Program-made: the position numbers and the translations under genes
Virus record (IMG/VR): IMGVR_UViG_3300028048_000077
Span: 64,772 to 128,771 of that record
DNA: 64,000 bases
Origin: a virus
Lineage: Duplodnaviria; Caudoviricetes
Reading direction: 5' to 3' (one strand)
In this document: positions 1 to 10,123 of the stretch, one piece after another
Numbering within the stretch: the stretch's first letter is position 1
Layout: every line of letters begins with the position of its first letter
The notes under the pieces: model-generated
What the model saw: only the letters and a program-made list of their open reading frames with translations
Databases searched by the model: none
Told to the model about the DNA's origin: nothing

Positions 1-104
1 AAGAATAGAAGATACTCTCTAACCTAAAAAGGTTAGAGAGATATATTGTGTTTACAATACAATAATATGCTTATATATTAATATATCATAAGGAGGATTT
101 AAAA

Positions 105-740
105 ATGAAATTACCAATCATGATAGATTTTGAAGGATTAGATTGTTCTTTTAAAGAAACCAATTCTAAGAGATTAGCATCTTTTTTAAACACTAAGAGA
201 TATGAATTTCCATATTATGCTTCAGAGAACTCATATTTCATTAGGCAATACTTATCTGGTAAGTATAAAGATATAGATATTAATACTCCTATTATGATAG
301 CATATCTAATGGAGATGTTTGATGAATGGAATACTAAAATTATTCCAGATATTAAAAATGGATTAGATGTTATAATTTTTGATAGATTTTGGTATTCTAA
401 TTACTACTATCAATGTAAAACTACTAGAGATAGAATAGCTCTTCAGATTTTGGTAAATGAGCTTGGACTTCCAAAATGTGATATTATATTCAAGATGATG
501 ACTAATTTTGATATCACTATTAAAAAGATTAGAGAGAAAAACGATAAAGATATTCTTGAATCTGATGAAGAAAAAATGAAAGAGGTTCATAGTAGATTTG
601 AAACTTGTAAGTTTAATGGAGTTAATAATGTAGAAGAAATATATACTTATAATGGTAATGAATTCAGATCTGAAGATGAAATTTTTGAAGATATAACTAC
701 AAGATATTTTGAAGTACATAAGACTTTATTGGATAAATAA
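105..740 (+). CDS. tmk: thymidylate (dTMP) kinase
   Basis: P-loop-like FEGLDCSFKET, YEFP and IFDRF motifs of the TMPK family; GGAGG RBS. Confidence 0.8.
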   Translation: MKLPIMIDFEGLDCSFKETNSKRLASFLNTKRYEFPYYASENSYFIRQYLSGKYKDIDINTPIMIAYLMEMFDEWNTKIIPDIKNGLDVIIFDRFWYSNYYYQCKTTRDRIALQILVNELGLPKCDIIFKMMTNFDITIKKIREKNDKDILESDEEKMKEVHSRFETCKFNGVNNVEEIYTYNGNEFRSEDEIFEDITTRYFEVHKTLLDK

Positions 741-763
741 TATAATTTATATTAAAAGGAGGA

Positions 764-1375
764 GTGATCATGGCTAATAAAATCTTTACGTTTCTAAAGA
801 AGTATTGGTCACATATATTATGTGTAATACTTCTGATCATAGTCGGGTTGTTTGTATATAAGTGGTATAATGATACATATGTAAAGAAACCTGTTACATT
901 TGAATCTCAAAAAGAAGCATCTACTCCAGAAGGAGTAGATAGAGCTGCTCAAAATGCACAAGTTTATATTAGTCCAACTCAATCTAAAGAGATAGCACAT
1001 AAGATAGAATACATATATACTAATAATGTACAACCAGAGTATATAGTTCCTACTACTGCTAAAGATGTGGAAAAGACTGCTAAAGAAGAAGAGAAAAAGA
1101 ATAAAGCTGATTTTAGTATTGTGACTAACCCAGATAAACCAGATGAACAGTTTGATTTTTCTAAGTATAAAGAGAATACTCCTATTAATTTGAATCAGTA
1201 TAATATACATGCATATAAGAAAGTGATACGTTCAGTTTCCTATGCTCCTACGGAGAAAATAGTGGGTGTTAGTATTCAGCAAAAAATAAATGATCATGGT
1301 ACTTATATGGGTGTAGGAGTAGATTACGATATAGATGATAAGAAAGTATATGGAAAAATAATTGTTAGTTGGTAA
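764..1375 (+). CDS. membrane-anchored protein (N-terminal TM helix, beta-strand-rich C-terminus ending in Trp); possible lysis accessory
   Basis: ILCVILLIIVGLFVY hydrophobic segment; C-terminal GVGVDYD..VYGKIIVSW; AGGAGG RBS. Confidence 0.5.
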   Translation: MIMANKIFTFLKKYWSHILCVILLIIVGLFVYKWYNDTYVKKPVTFESQKEASTPEGVDRAAQNAQVYISPTQSKEIAHKIEYIYTNNVQPEYIVPTTAKDVEKTAKEEEKKNKADFSIVTNPDKPDEQFDFSKYKENTPINLNQYNIHAYKKVIRSVSYAPTEKIVGVSIQQKINDHGTYMGVGVDYDIDDKKVYGKIIVSW

Positions 1376-1379
1376 AAAG

Positions 1380-1415
1380 AAAAGGGAGCCTTAAGATAGG
1401 CTCCCTTTTTCTTTT
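1380..1415. terminator. bidirectional intrinsic terminator
   Basis: AAAAGGGAGCC-ttaagata-GGCTCCCTTTT between convergent genes. Confidence 0.8.
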
Positions 1416-1692
1416 ATCCAATTCTGAATGATTTCACATCATCCAGATCTTTTAACAATTCATCTAATGGCTTTTTATTCAATCTGTTAGTACATATATA
1501 TGCATTATAAGGATCTACATATATTGCACCTCTATCATTTGTTCTAACAAACTGAACAATAAAATTCCCATAAAAATCATCATATTGGTTAGCTGGGTCA
1601 TCCACATAATATTCCGGATGACGATACATATCATCATCCCGATCATATGTATAAACATTAATATTATTATATTTTGTTAAAAACTTTTCCAT
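1414..1692 (-). CDS. hypothetical early protein
   Basis: AAGGAGG RBS before ATG at 1692; early-promoter motif at 1742-1762. Confidence 0.7.
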   Translation of the reverse strand: MEKFLTKYNNINVYTYDRDDDMYRHPEYYVDDPANQYDDFYGNFIVQFVRTNDRGAIYVDPYNAYICTNRLNKKPLDELLKDLDDVKSFRIG

Positions 1693-1741
1693 ATTAATCG
1701 CCTCCTTCAAGCTGGGCTATGGAATACCCTTTCTTTTATTA

Positions 1742-1762
1742 TCATATGTATAGTATATGTTT
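1742..1762 (-). promoter_or_regulatory. putative phage early promoter (TATACTATAnATRTGA)
   Basis: minus strand AAACATATACTATACATATGA; one of 13 copies. Confidence 0.65.
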
Positions 1763-1814
1763 ATTTTTTTTTATTTTTACAAAAACTTAAATGTAGTTAT
1801 ATGGAGGTGGAGAA

Positions 1815-2435
1815 ATGAAGAGTGTTCATTCAATACCAGATCAATCATGTTTTTCGATTAAGATGCCAGATATTCCAGATGATATAAAATCTGGAATAGG
1901 TTTTATTGTGGATAAATCCTATAATTTTAATTCTAATATAAAAGTATTACAAGATGTAGTTCTATCTGTAATATTCAATAATAGAAATGCTAGATATGCT
2001 GTTTATTCAGAATATGAAAGATGTACATTCTGGATAAGGAAATACTTATATGAAGATTTTAAGATTCCTAAAGAGAATATTAAATTTATTCCAAAGTATG
2101 AAGTTTCTAGTGATGATGAAATTTGTCCATATTTTCATGGAAGTGTATCATTAAGAGAATACAAAGAAGTTATTGCTGCTTTTAAATTAAACTCTTTATA
2201 TGTATTTACTGATAATCCTAAATCTGATACTATAAGAGAATTAGTAAAATCTGCTCATATGTATCACTTTAAAATCTTTACAATAGACTGTGAAGGTAGT
2301 TTCATAGATTATGATAATCCAAATAACTCTACTAATGAATACTACTTCACTCAAGGAGGATATATTAATGAACCTGTTAAAACGCCTAAAGAACTTATTT
2401 TTAGATCAAAGCCTTCCAACGGAGGAAATTATTAA
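1815..2435 (+). CDS. hypothetical protein
   Basis: 206 aa ORF with GGAGG RBS. Confidence 0.65.
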   Translation: MKSVHSIPDQSCFSIKMPDIPDDIKSGIGFIVDKSYNFNSNIKVLQDVVLSVIFNNRNARYAVYSEYERCTFWIRKYLYEDFKIPKENIKFIPKYEVSSDDEICPYFHGSVSLREYKEVIAAFKLNSLYVFTDNPKSDTIRELVKSAHMYHFKIFTIDCEGSFIDYDNPNNSTNEYYFTQGGYINEPVKTPKELIFRSKPSNGGNY

Positions 2436-3702
2436 TGGTGATGACCCTAAAGCTAGGTTCTTATCTCATAAAAAGTTTGAAGGTATTTCTTGTGAAATTA
2501 TTGACCATTCAGACTCTACATATCTTGTATCTACTGCATCTAGAATATGTGTAGGAATGGGACCAGTAGAAGAATATGATAAAAGAATTGCTCATTTATC
2601 TAAAATTATTAAGATGGGTCATGAATCTGTATTAGAACATACAAATATTATTATGATGCTTCATATTTCTCAGAGTGCTATGAATACAAAATGGCTCGCT
2701 GAATTATTAGCATCTTGTAAATATCTTGATGTAAAAACCAATGAGTATAATGATACTACTCATATTCTTATTGGTGGTTCTATTAGAGGATATAAGCATC
2801 TTATTAAGTTTACTAAGGATGCTTTAAGAAATCATTATATCTTAAAAATTATAGATTCACTTTATTCTTCTGCTGAAGCTGTATTCTTTGAAGATATGAT
2901 TGAAGCTGAAGTTATGGATAGAGATAAATTTGCAGTATTGGATAATCCAAGAGCTACAAATATGAGATTTGATCCATATGCAGATGAAGATGAAGAATCT
3001 GCGATTAAGCTTGATCCTATAAGTAGAACTAAGATTGAAACTCCTACAGCAACTATACTCGGTTCGGTTCAACCAAAGTATTCTGATATTATGAAATATG
3101 TATCTCAATATGGATTTACTGTAGATGATGTATTAGATATAGTCAAAGTATCTGTTATTATACATGATATTTCTAGACCAATATCTATGCAAGTTATTCG
3201 TCATAGAAATGCTATTACTCAAGAATCTCAGAGATATGTAGATTATTCTAAAAAGGCATTTATTAATCCTCTTAAGTTTCATGATACTGATGAAATGCTA
3301 AATAAGAAGTTTAAGTTATCCTTATTTGGTACTAACTTTGAGCTCTCTGGACAAGAACTTGGAAACAGACTCTGTAAAATTTATCATCAATTAATTGAAC
3401 AAGGTATGAAGAAACAGGATGCTAGATCATTCTTACCTTCTAATGTATGTACTCGTCTAATTATGACGTTTACATATAAAAATCTTTTTCATTTCTTTAA
3501 CATGAGATTGGATAAAGCTGCACAAGCTGAGATTCGTAATCTTGCAAATGATTTATTAAAAGCTTTTAATGAATATGATAAGGAAATTCTTAATACATAT
3601 GATAGGAAAAATGTAGAAATTCCTTATTATATCATAGAAGATAAAATGAGGGTATTATCTGATGCTGAAGTTGATGAAATACTCTCAGAAGAAGAAATCT
3701 AA
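2368..3702 (+). CDS. thyX: flavin-dependent thymidylate synthase ThyX (long form)
   Basis: GHESVLEH, RHR..TQESQRYV and DARSFLP motifs; AGGAGG RBS before ATG at 2368. Confidence 0.9.
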   Translation: MNLLKRLKNLFLDQSLPTEEIINGDDPKARFLSHKKFEGISCEIIDHSDSTYLVSTASRICVGMGPVEEYDKRIAHLSKIIKMGHESVLEHTNIIMMLHISQSAMNTKWLAELLASCKYLDVKTNEYNDTTHILIGGSIRGYKHLIKFTKDALRNHYILKIIDSLYSSAEAVFFEDMIEAEVMDRDKFAVLDNPRATNMRFDPYADEDEESAIKLDPISRTKIETPTATILGSVQPKYSDIMKYVSQYGFTVDDVLDIVKVSVIIHDISRPISMQVIRHRNAITQESQRYVDYSKKAFINPLKFHDTDEMLNKKFKLSLFGTNFELSGQELGNRLCKIYHQLIEQGMKKQDARSFLPSNVCTRLIMTFTYKNLFHFFNMRLDKAAQAEIRNLANDLLKAFNEYDKEILNTYDRKNVEIPYYIIEDKMRVLSDAEVDEILSEEEI

Positions 3703-3727
3703 TTTATTATCAAAGGAGACTTTTATC

Positions 3728-4207
3728 ATGAACAACTGCATTATTTATTCCAAGAAGTTTGACACTCTGACTGATGGCTTTAATGAGCTGGTTAAGTATG
3801 TACCATCTGTTAAGGATTATATCGATATCTCTACTCTTGAGAATGTTACAGAGGAAGCAATTATCGATGTTCTGATTGCTAAGCTTAAGGAGAATATCTC
3901 TGTAACTACAAATCCTAATTTCCCTTTCACTTATTCTTTCAAGTGTGATATGTATGGTGTTACATTTGATACAGATAAGCGTTTCTCTTTTGGCTGGAAG
4001 CCACGTCGTGATGAGAATGGTAATGTATTCTACATTATGCGTGCTCTGTTCCCTCTTCGCAAGGTGCAGTCTACTTCCGAGCATAATCTTATGAATGATG
4101 GTTGGAAAGATCGTATCCATAAGAAGGAATTTGCTGGAAAACCAAATGGAAAGTTCAATAAGGAAAATACTGCTGTTGAAGAAAATGGAGTAGCAGAAGA
4201 GGCTTAA
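3728..4207 (+). CDS. hypothetical protein
   Basis: AAGGAG RBS before ATG at 3728; codon usage like the capsid gene. Confidence 0.7.
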   Translation: MNNCIIYSKKFDTLTDGFNELVKYVPSVKDYIDISTLENVTEEAIIDVLIAKLKENISVTTNPNFPFTYSFKCDMYGVTFDTDKRFSFGWKPRRDENGNVFYIMRALFPLRKVQSTSEHNLMNDGWKDRIHKKEFAGKPNGKFNKENTAVEENGVAEEA

Positions 4208-4232
4208 GAATCCTTAAAGGAGGAAGCAATTA

Positions 4233-4652
4233 ATGGCTGAAGAAAAAGAAGTTCTTTGTAAAGAACTGCCATCTAAAGTGAATGAATTAGTATTGGCATT
4301 CCCAGGGGTATTTGGTGCATTGATGAATTATCAGAATATGTCTCCAGAGTTCTTTGAATTTTTTAAGGAAACTATTGATAAACTTTCTGATTTAGGAATC
4401 ATTATAATTGAGGATGATGAAAAAGATCCTAAGCGTAAATCTCTCCAGGTCAAAGTGTGTGAGGTTATTAATCAGGCTGAGGAACTCGACGTAATCATCA
4501 AAGATATTGATGAGCATATTAAGGCTGAAATGGAAGAAGCTCGTAAGAGATTTGAACTCCAGACTGGCATTAAACAGGAAAAGAAAACCGAAAGTGGTAT
4601 TGTTCTTCCTGGTTCTATGCCTTCTGGTCCAGCTCCTAAGATTATCGTTTAA
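4233..4652 (+). CDS. hypothetical protein
   Basis: AGGAGG RBS; 139 aa ORF. Confidence 0.7.
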   Translation: MAEEKEVLCKELPSKVNELVLAFPGVFGALMNYQNMSPEFFEFFKETIDKLSDLGIIIIEDDEKDPKRKSLQVKVCEVINQAEELDVIIKDIDEHIKAEMEEARKRFELQTGIKQEKKTESGIVLPGSMPSGPAPKIIV

Positions 4653-4658
4653 TAATTT

Positions 4659-4684
4659 CTCCCTCTACCGAAAGGTAGAGGGAG
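4659..4684. terminator. conserved-stem hairpin (CCCTCTACC family)
   Basis: CTCCCTCTACC-GAAA-GGTAGAGGGAG. Confidence 0.75.
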
Positions 4685-4701
4685 TTATTGTATACCAGTT
4701 C

Positions 4702-4714
4702 GACATTTCGATAA
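4702..4714 (+). promoter_or_regulatory. putative late promoter RAC(A/T)-N6-TAA
   Basis: GACA-TTTCGA-TAA just upstream of the RBS; recurs before virion genes. Confidence 0.5.
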
Positions 4715-4735
4715 TCATATAAAGGAGGAAGAGAT

Positions 4736-7700
4736 ATGGCTGTATTCTTAGATAATCTTAAATATATGAGATTATATAGAACTCAAATATATTTACCAGT
4801 AAAAATGGAATCTAGAAAAACTGGTAGTTTGATTTTCTTGCTTTCTAATAATCCAAATACTGCTTCATTATTGATGAATCATCCTAAAACTATTAACATC
4901 AATAGCTTTATAAGTTATTATGTAGAGAAGAATGTAAATCTCTATCTTAATGAAAGTACTAAGTATTGGGGATTAGAAGAGTCTATTTCTGCCAAAGAAA
5001 GAAGAGAAATTCCAGCGGATCAATTTGGTCTTCCAGAGGAAAGAAAGTATCCTTTGGATACTCCAGAACATGTTCGTTCTGCTATTAAACTCTTCGGTCA
5101 TTGTGAAGAAGATAAGAAACATCAGCTTGCAGTTCGTATTATGAAAGCTGCTAAGAAATTTAATATAGAAATTAAAGAGGATACTGAGGTTTATAAGTAT
5201 GCTCATATGAAATCTATTAAAGAAGAGATGTTAGAGGAAGAAGTAAATTATGAATATAATTCTCCTTCTTTGATAACTCCAAATACAGGTAGTATTACTG
5301 AACAGTATATGACCTACAATGTAGATAATCATACTTATAGAACTTTCTTTGATGAAGATATTGATTCTTTATTAGAAACTACAGATATGAAACTTAGAAA
5401 GATTTTATATGCTGGTAGAATCAAGAATAATAAAGAACAGCTTCTTATCTATGATAAGATTAAAGGTATGCATCCTAATATCAAATATACTTATCTTACT
5501 TTGGATAAGTATAAAGCTAAGAATCTGTTTGTAGATACTTCTCATTATTTGAGTGATTTTGCTAATAAGAATACATATAAACTTGATATAGGATTAAATC
5601 TGTATGCTAAACTCTTATCTAAATTATTCAATGATAATAGATATATGCAGAATGGATATACTAAATTTACAATATTCGTTGATGTAGATGAAGTATATAA
5701 AGATGATGCTACATCTTATGATTTTAGAAAAGATATCAATATCTTATCTTTGATTAATAGATACTTAATTCTTAGAAAAGATTTGAAGTCTGTATTGCCA
5801 CATGATATTGTATTCTTCTCTAAGAATGCATATTTTAAAGTAAACGTAGCTGATCTTGATAAGACTAACCTTATTAAGTTCAAAATGTTTATAAAGAAGC
5901 TAAAAACTAATGATATCGATGACTCAGAGTACACAAATAAGGACTCTCAGGAAGTGCTTGTGACGAAATTTGCCGATAAGCTCGAAAAGAGGGGTATTTC
6001 CCTTGATAATCTCTCTAAAACGGAAAAATTCGCAAATTGGTCAATTAAAAATATAGTTAACCCAGGAATGCATATTGATACTGATTCTAAGAAAAAAGAA
6101 TTAGTAGAAAAAATTCATACTGCTGCTGAGAAGTCTTCTACTGAAGAAGAACTTGAAAAGAATATCGAAGATCAGAATACTGAAGATGAAGTAATGGATA
6201 TCATTCAGGATCTTGAATCAGAAGATAGTGGAGTCAATGTATCAAAAGCAAGAGCTACTCGTATGAGTACTTTGAATCAGAAATTCAGAGGAAAGAAGTT
6301 CAATGGTAAAACCATTGCTGAATATCTGAATACTGAGCAGAAAGATATTCCTAAGGATAATATTCCAATTGATAGTATCAATGAAGATTGGAAGGAAGTT
6401 CATTTTAGTAAGTTCAATGAAACTTATGATTTGGATAATGATATTATCTCTATCTTCAATTCTATGACAGATAAGTCTGCTCCAATTGCAATATTGGATA
6501 TAGATAAAGAAGATAAAGTAACATCTGAGGATTATCTTGAAACTTGGACTGTTAAGTTTGAAGATGTAGATGGTAAACGTCATACTATTAAACTTGATGT
6601 TCCTAAGTTCATTGATAATAGATTTATGATGCTTAGAGGTAACTATAAGACTATTCAGGGTCAGCTTATGCTTCTTCCAGTAATTAAAACTGGTCCAGAT
6701 ACTTCTCAGATTGTATCTAACTATAATAAGATATTTATTCGTAGATATAACCCATCTAATGGTAGTAAAACTACTAGAAAGATGAGTATTCTTACTAAGA
6801 TACTTGATAAGTATGATGGTAAAACTTTTAAAGTATCTATTGGTGATAATGATCTTATTTGTCAGAAGTATGAATTACCTATCGAATATCAAGATTTAGC
6901 TACATCATATTCAAGAATTGAGTTTAATGATGGAAGCTTTATTTCATTTAATCTTGATGAGATGTATGAATTAAGAGATAAGACCAAATCGAGCTTTTCT
7001 ATAGTAAGTAGTATTCCATTATATTATAATGCTAAACTTAAGAAAGTTAGATCTGTTGATATGCATATAGCTCCAAATATCTTAAATATCTTAGAAGATC
7101 ATGCAAGATCAAATGTTGATAAAGAATTATTAGAGCTTATTGCAAATACTAAACCTTCTCAAAAGCTTTCTTATACTACAGCTAGTATTTTGAATACTGA
7201 GATTCCAGTAATTGTAGTTATGGCATTCTCTGAAGGATTGCAGAAATCTATGGAGAAAGCTCATATCACATATAAATTCAGTGAAACTAGACCACCAAAA
7301 GAAGATAAACGTCCATATATTAAATTCAAAGATGGATATCTCCAGTATGATGATACAGTAGATGCTTCTATTCTTATGAATGGATTACAATATGTAGATA
7401 CTGGATTCTATTCTATTAAAGATATAAATGAGAAAGATATGTGGATAGATGCATTGGATAACTTCGGTGGTAGAATTAAAGCAGATGGTTTGGATAACTT
7501 CTATGATCTTATGATTGATCCTATTACTAAAGAAATTTGTGAGTTATATAAACTTCCTACAGACTATGTATCTATACTTGCATATGCATCTGCATTATTA
7601 GTAGATACTAAGTATAATAAACATACTGATATTACTGGTAATAGATATAGAACTAAGGAACTCATTGCAGGATATGTTTATAAAACTCTTGCTACTTCTT

Positions 7701-9337
7701 ATGGTATTTATCAATCTACTAGAAAGAAGAATAAGAAATCATCTGAGTTTTCTATCAAACAATCTGCTGTAGTAGATGCTATACTAAAGGATCCAACTGC
7801 TAGTGATCTTAGTATTCTGAATCCATTACTTGAGATTGAGGCTACAAATGCAGTTTCATTTAAGGGATTATCTGGTATGAACTCTGAACGAAGCTACTCA
7901 CTTGATAAGCGTATTTATGATGAGAGTATGCTTGGAGTTATTGGAACTTCTACAGGTTTTTCTGGTAATGTAGGTATTACTAGACAGGCTACTGTAGATT
8001 CTAGTATTGCTAATACTAGAGGATTCATTAAACAGAATAAGGGGGATAAACTTAATACTCTTAATATGCTTACTGCTACTGAGGCTATGACTCCATTCAT
8101 GACTACTCATGATGATGCAATGCGTATAGCAATGGGTTATATTCAGACTTCTAAACATCAGATGAGAACTAAGAGATCTTCTCCTAACTTGGTTACTACT
8201 GGTATGGATGAAGCTATTCCATATATGACTTCTAATTTCTTCTCATATAAATTTAGAGGAAAGAAAGGAAAAGTAATCTCTGTATCAGATAAGTTCATAG
8301 TATATGAAGATACTGAGACTAAAGAAAGAGGATTCGTAGATCTGGAAGAAAAGACTATGAAGAACTCTGATGGTGGTTTCTATGTAACTCTTAGACTTAA
8401 GCCAAATGTTAAGAAAGGTCAGATTCTTAATAATAATGATATCTTAGCATATGATCCAACTTGTTATTCTAAACAGGTTGGAAATGAAGAAGGTAATGGA
8501 GTTTCTTATAATGTAGGAACTATGGCTAAGATTGCTATTATGACTACAGATGAAGCATTCAATGATTCTACTGTAATTACTAATACATTATCTGAATCCA
8601 TGAGCTCTGATTATTGTGTAGAGAAAGCTAGATATCTTCCTAAGGATACAAATATCTATCATCTTGTACAAAAGGGAATGGAAATTCAAGAGGGTGAACC
8701 TCTTATGATATTCCAGAATGCATTTGAAGAGAAAGATGCTAATACATTATTAAATTCTATTACAGATGCAGATGTAGAAGCTGTAAGTGATCTTGGACGT
8801 ATTCATGTTCGTAGTAAGCTTACTGGTGTAGTACAAGATATTAAAATATTCCGTACTTGTGAATTAGATGAACTTTCTCCTTCTTTAAGAAAACTCGTAA
8901 CTACATATGAGAATAGAATTAAGAAAGAGAAGGCTGAACTTAAGAAAATGGGAGTACAGAATGTAGAAGGATTACTTGATCCAGACTACAAATTAGAGGC
9001 TCAGGGTAAACTTAAGGATTGTTTAGATGGAGTAAAGATATTTGTTTATATTAAGTGCCATGATAGTATGGGCGTAGGAGATAAACTTGTATTCTCAACA
9101 GCACTTAAAGGTGTAATCAAAACTGTTATTCCAGAAGGACAAGAACCATATACAGACTTTAGACCTAATGAAAAAGTAGAAGCATTACTTACTACAGCAG
9201 GTGTAAATGCTCGAATGGTTGGTAGTATAATTCTTAATGGTTTGATTAATAAGATTCTTATAGAAACTGATAGAAAGTGTAAAGAGAATCTTGGAATCAA
9301 ATGGAAGAATCTATATGAAATAGAAGAGAATCAATAA
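4736..9337 (+). CDS. phage multisubunit RNA polymerase beta-like subunit with long N-terminal extension (probably virion RNAP)
   Basis: beta motifs HDDAMRIAMG..Q, LVTTGMD, AFNDS and GVGDKL..ALKGVI..P. Confidence 0.85.
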   Translation: MAVFLDNLKYMRLYRTQIYLPVKMESRKTGSLIFLLSNNPNTASLLMNHPKTININSFISYYVEKNVNLYLNESTKYWGLEESISAKERREIPADQFGLPEERKYPLDTPEHVRSAIKLFGHCEEDKKHQLAVRIMKAAKKFNIEIKEDTEVYKYAHMKSIKEEMLEEEVNYEYNSPSLITPNTGSITEQYMTYNVDNHTYRTFFDEDIDSLLETTDMKLRKILYAGRIKNNKEQLLIYDKIKGMHPNIKYTYLTLDKYKAKNLFVDTSHYLSDFANKNTYKLDIGLNLYAKLLSKLFNDNRYMQNGYTKFTIFVDVDEVYKDDATSYDFRKDINILSLINRYLILRKDLKSVLPHDIVFFSKNAYFKVNVADLDKTNLIKFKMFIKKLKTNDIDDSEYTNKDSQEVLVTKFADKLEKRGISLDNLSKTEKFANWSIKNIVNPGMHIDTDSKKKELVEKIHTAAEKSSTEEELEKNIEDQNTEDEVMDIIQDLESEDSGVNVSKARATRMSTLNQKFRGKKFNGKTIAEYLNTEQKDIPKDNIPIDSINEDWKEVHFSKFNETYDLDNDIISIFNSMTDKSAPIAILDIDKEDKVTSEDYLETWTVKFEDVDGKRHTIKLDVPKFIDNRFMMLRGNYKTIQGQLMLLPVIKTGPDTSQIVSNYNKIFIRRYNPSNGSKTTRKMSILTKILDKYDGKTFKVSIGDNDLICQKYELPIEYQDLATSYSRIEFNDGSFISFNLDEMYELRDKTKSSFSIVSSIPLYYNAKLKKVRSVDMHIAPNILNILEDHARSNVDKELLELIANTKPSQKLSYTTASILNTEIPVIVVMAFSEGLQKSMEKAHITYKFSETRPPKEDKRPYIKFKDGYLQYDDTVDASILMNGLQYVDTGFYSIKDINEKDMWIDALDNFGGRIKADGLDNFYDLMIDPITKEICELYKLPTDYVSILAYASALLVDTKYNKHTDITGNRYRTKELIAGYVYKTLATSYGIYQSTRKKNKKSSEFSIKQSAVVDAILKDPTASDLSILNPLLEIEATNAVSFKGLSGMNSERSYSLDKRIYDESMLGVIGTSTGFSGNVGITRQATVDSSIANTRGFIKQNKGDKLNTLNMLTATEAMTPFMTTHDDAMRIAMGYIQTSKHQMRTKRSSPNLVTTGMDEAIPYMTSNFFSYKFRGKKGKVISVSDKFIVYEDTETKERGFVDLEEKTMKNSDGGFYVTLRLKPNVKKGQILNNNDILAYDPTCYSKQVGNEEGNGVSYNVGTMAKIAIMTTDEAFNDSTVITNTLSESMSSDYCVEKARYLPKDTNIYHLVQKGMEIQEGEPLMIFQNAFEEKDANTLLNSITDADVEAVSDLGRIHVRSKLTGVVQDIKIFRTCELDELSPSLRKLVTTYENRIKKEKAELKKMGVQNVEGLLDPDYKLEAQGKLKDCLDGVKIFVYIKCHDSMGVGDKLVFSTALKGVIKTVIPEGQEPYTDFRPNEKVEALLTTAGVNARMVGSIILNGLINKILIETDRKCKENLGIKWKNLYEIEENQ

Positions 9338-9342
9338 AACTT

Positions 9343-9368
9343 TCCCCTACCCTTAATTGGGTAGGGGA
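9343..9368. terminator. conserved-stem hairpin
   Basis: TCCCCTACCC-TTAATT-GGGTAGGGGA between convergent genes. Confidence 0.75.
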
Positions 9369-9374
9369 TATTTC

Positions 9375-10044
9375 TTATTTTATTCCATATAATTCATTAT
9401 CACTTTCTAAAGTAATTCCTGGTCCTAATTCATTCATAAATAATTTAGTATTATCTACTGTAAAATTTCCATCTATTAAACATTCATCTGCAAAGAATAT
9501 ATCTCCAACTGTATAATTGAAATTAAAATCTCCAGCATTTCCATATAACCATCCATGAATCATCATTATATTATAAATATTATTTGAATTATTATATGAA
9601 TATAAAAAATTTCCATCCAAATACCATTTATATATATTATTATTACAAGTTACAGTTATATTATATATAATATTTGTTTTTATAGAAATATTAGTATTAT
9701 AATGCAAATCACCAATATTTCCACTCCAACCCCATATATACATAATACCATTATATATTCTTATTGCAAGTGTTCCATAATCAGAAAATTGTATCCAAAG
9801 TGTATCAACATATTGACCTACTCTATCTACTAAAAATTTATAATTTAGTGTAAAATTAGTTACATTTCTGATATTAATATATTTATACGTTCCATCATTA
9901 AAATTATCTTTAGCTTTATAATATAAACCGTCTATATTTGAATTAAGAGGTTTAATATCATCATAGGGTTCGCTAAATTTTATGTAATCTCCCCCCCCCG
10001 ATTACTACTTTTCCATTATTAACGAATACTCTATCAAAAGTCAT
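9375..10044 (-). pseudogene. lectin/LamG-like protein gene out of frame at a G9 tract (candidate phase-variable gene, OFF state)
   Basis: AGGAGG RBS and ATG at 10044, 15 codons, then G9 (9991-9999) leading to TAG at 9973-9975; G8 or G11 gives an uninterrupted ORF (222 aa with G8) joining the 9375..9743 ORF. Confidence 0.75.
9991..9999 (-). repeat. poly-G(9) homopolymer tract
   Basis: C9 on the + strand in very AT-rich DNA. Confidence 0.95.
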
Positions 10045-10123
10045 AATATATTCCTCCTATTATACTAATTACTTATTTGTAGCAAAAAAAAACAAAAGAG
10101 TAAGTAGAATAGGGGTGAATAAT

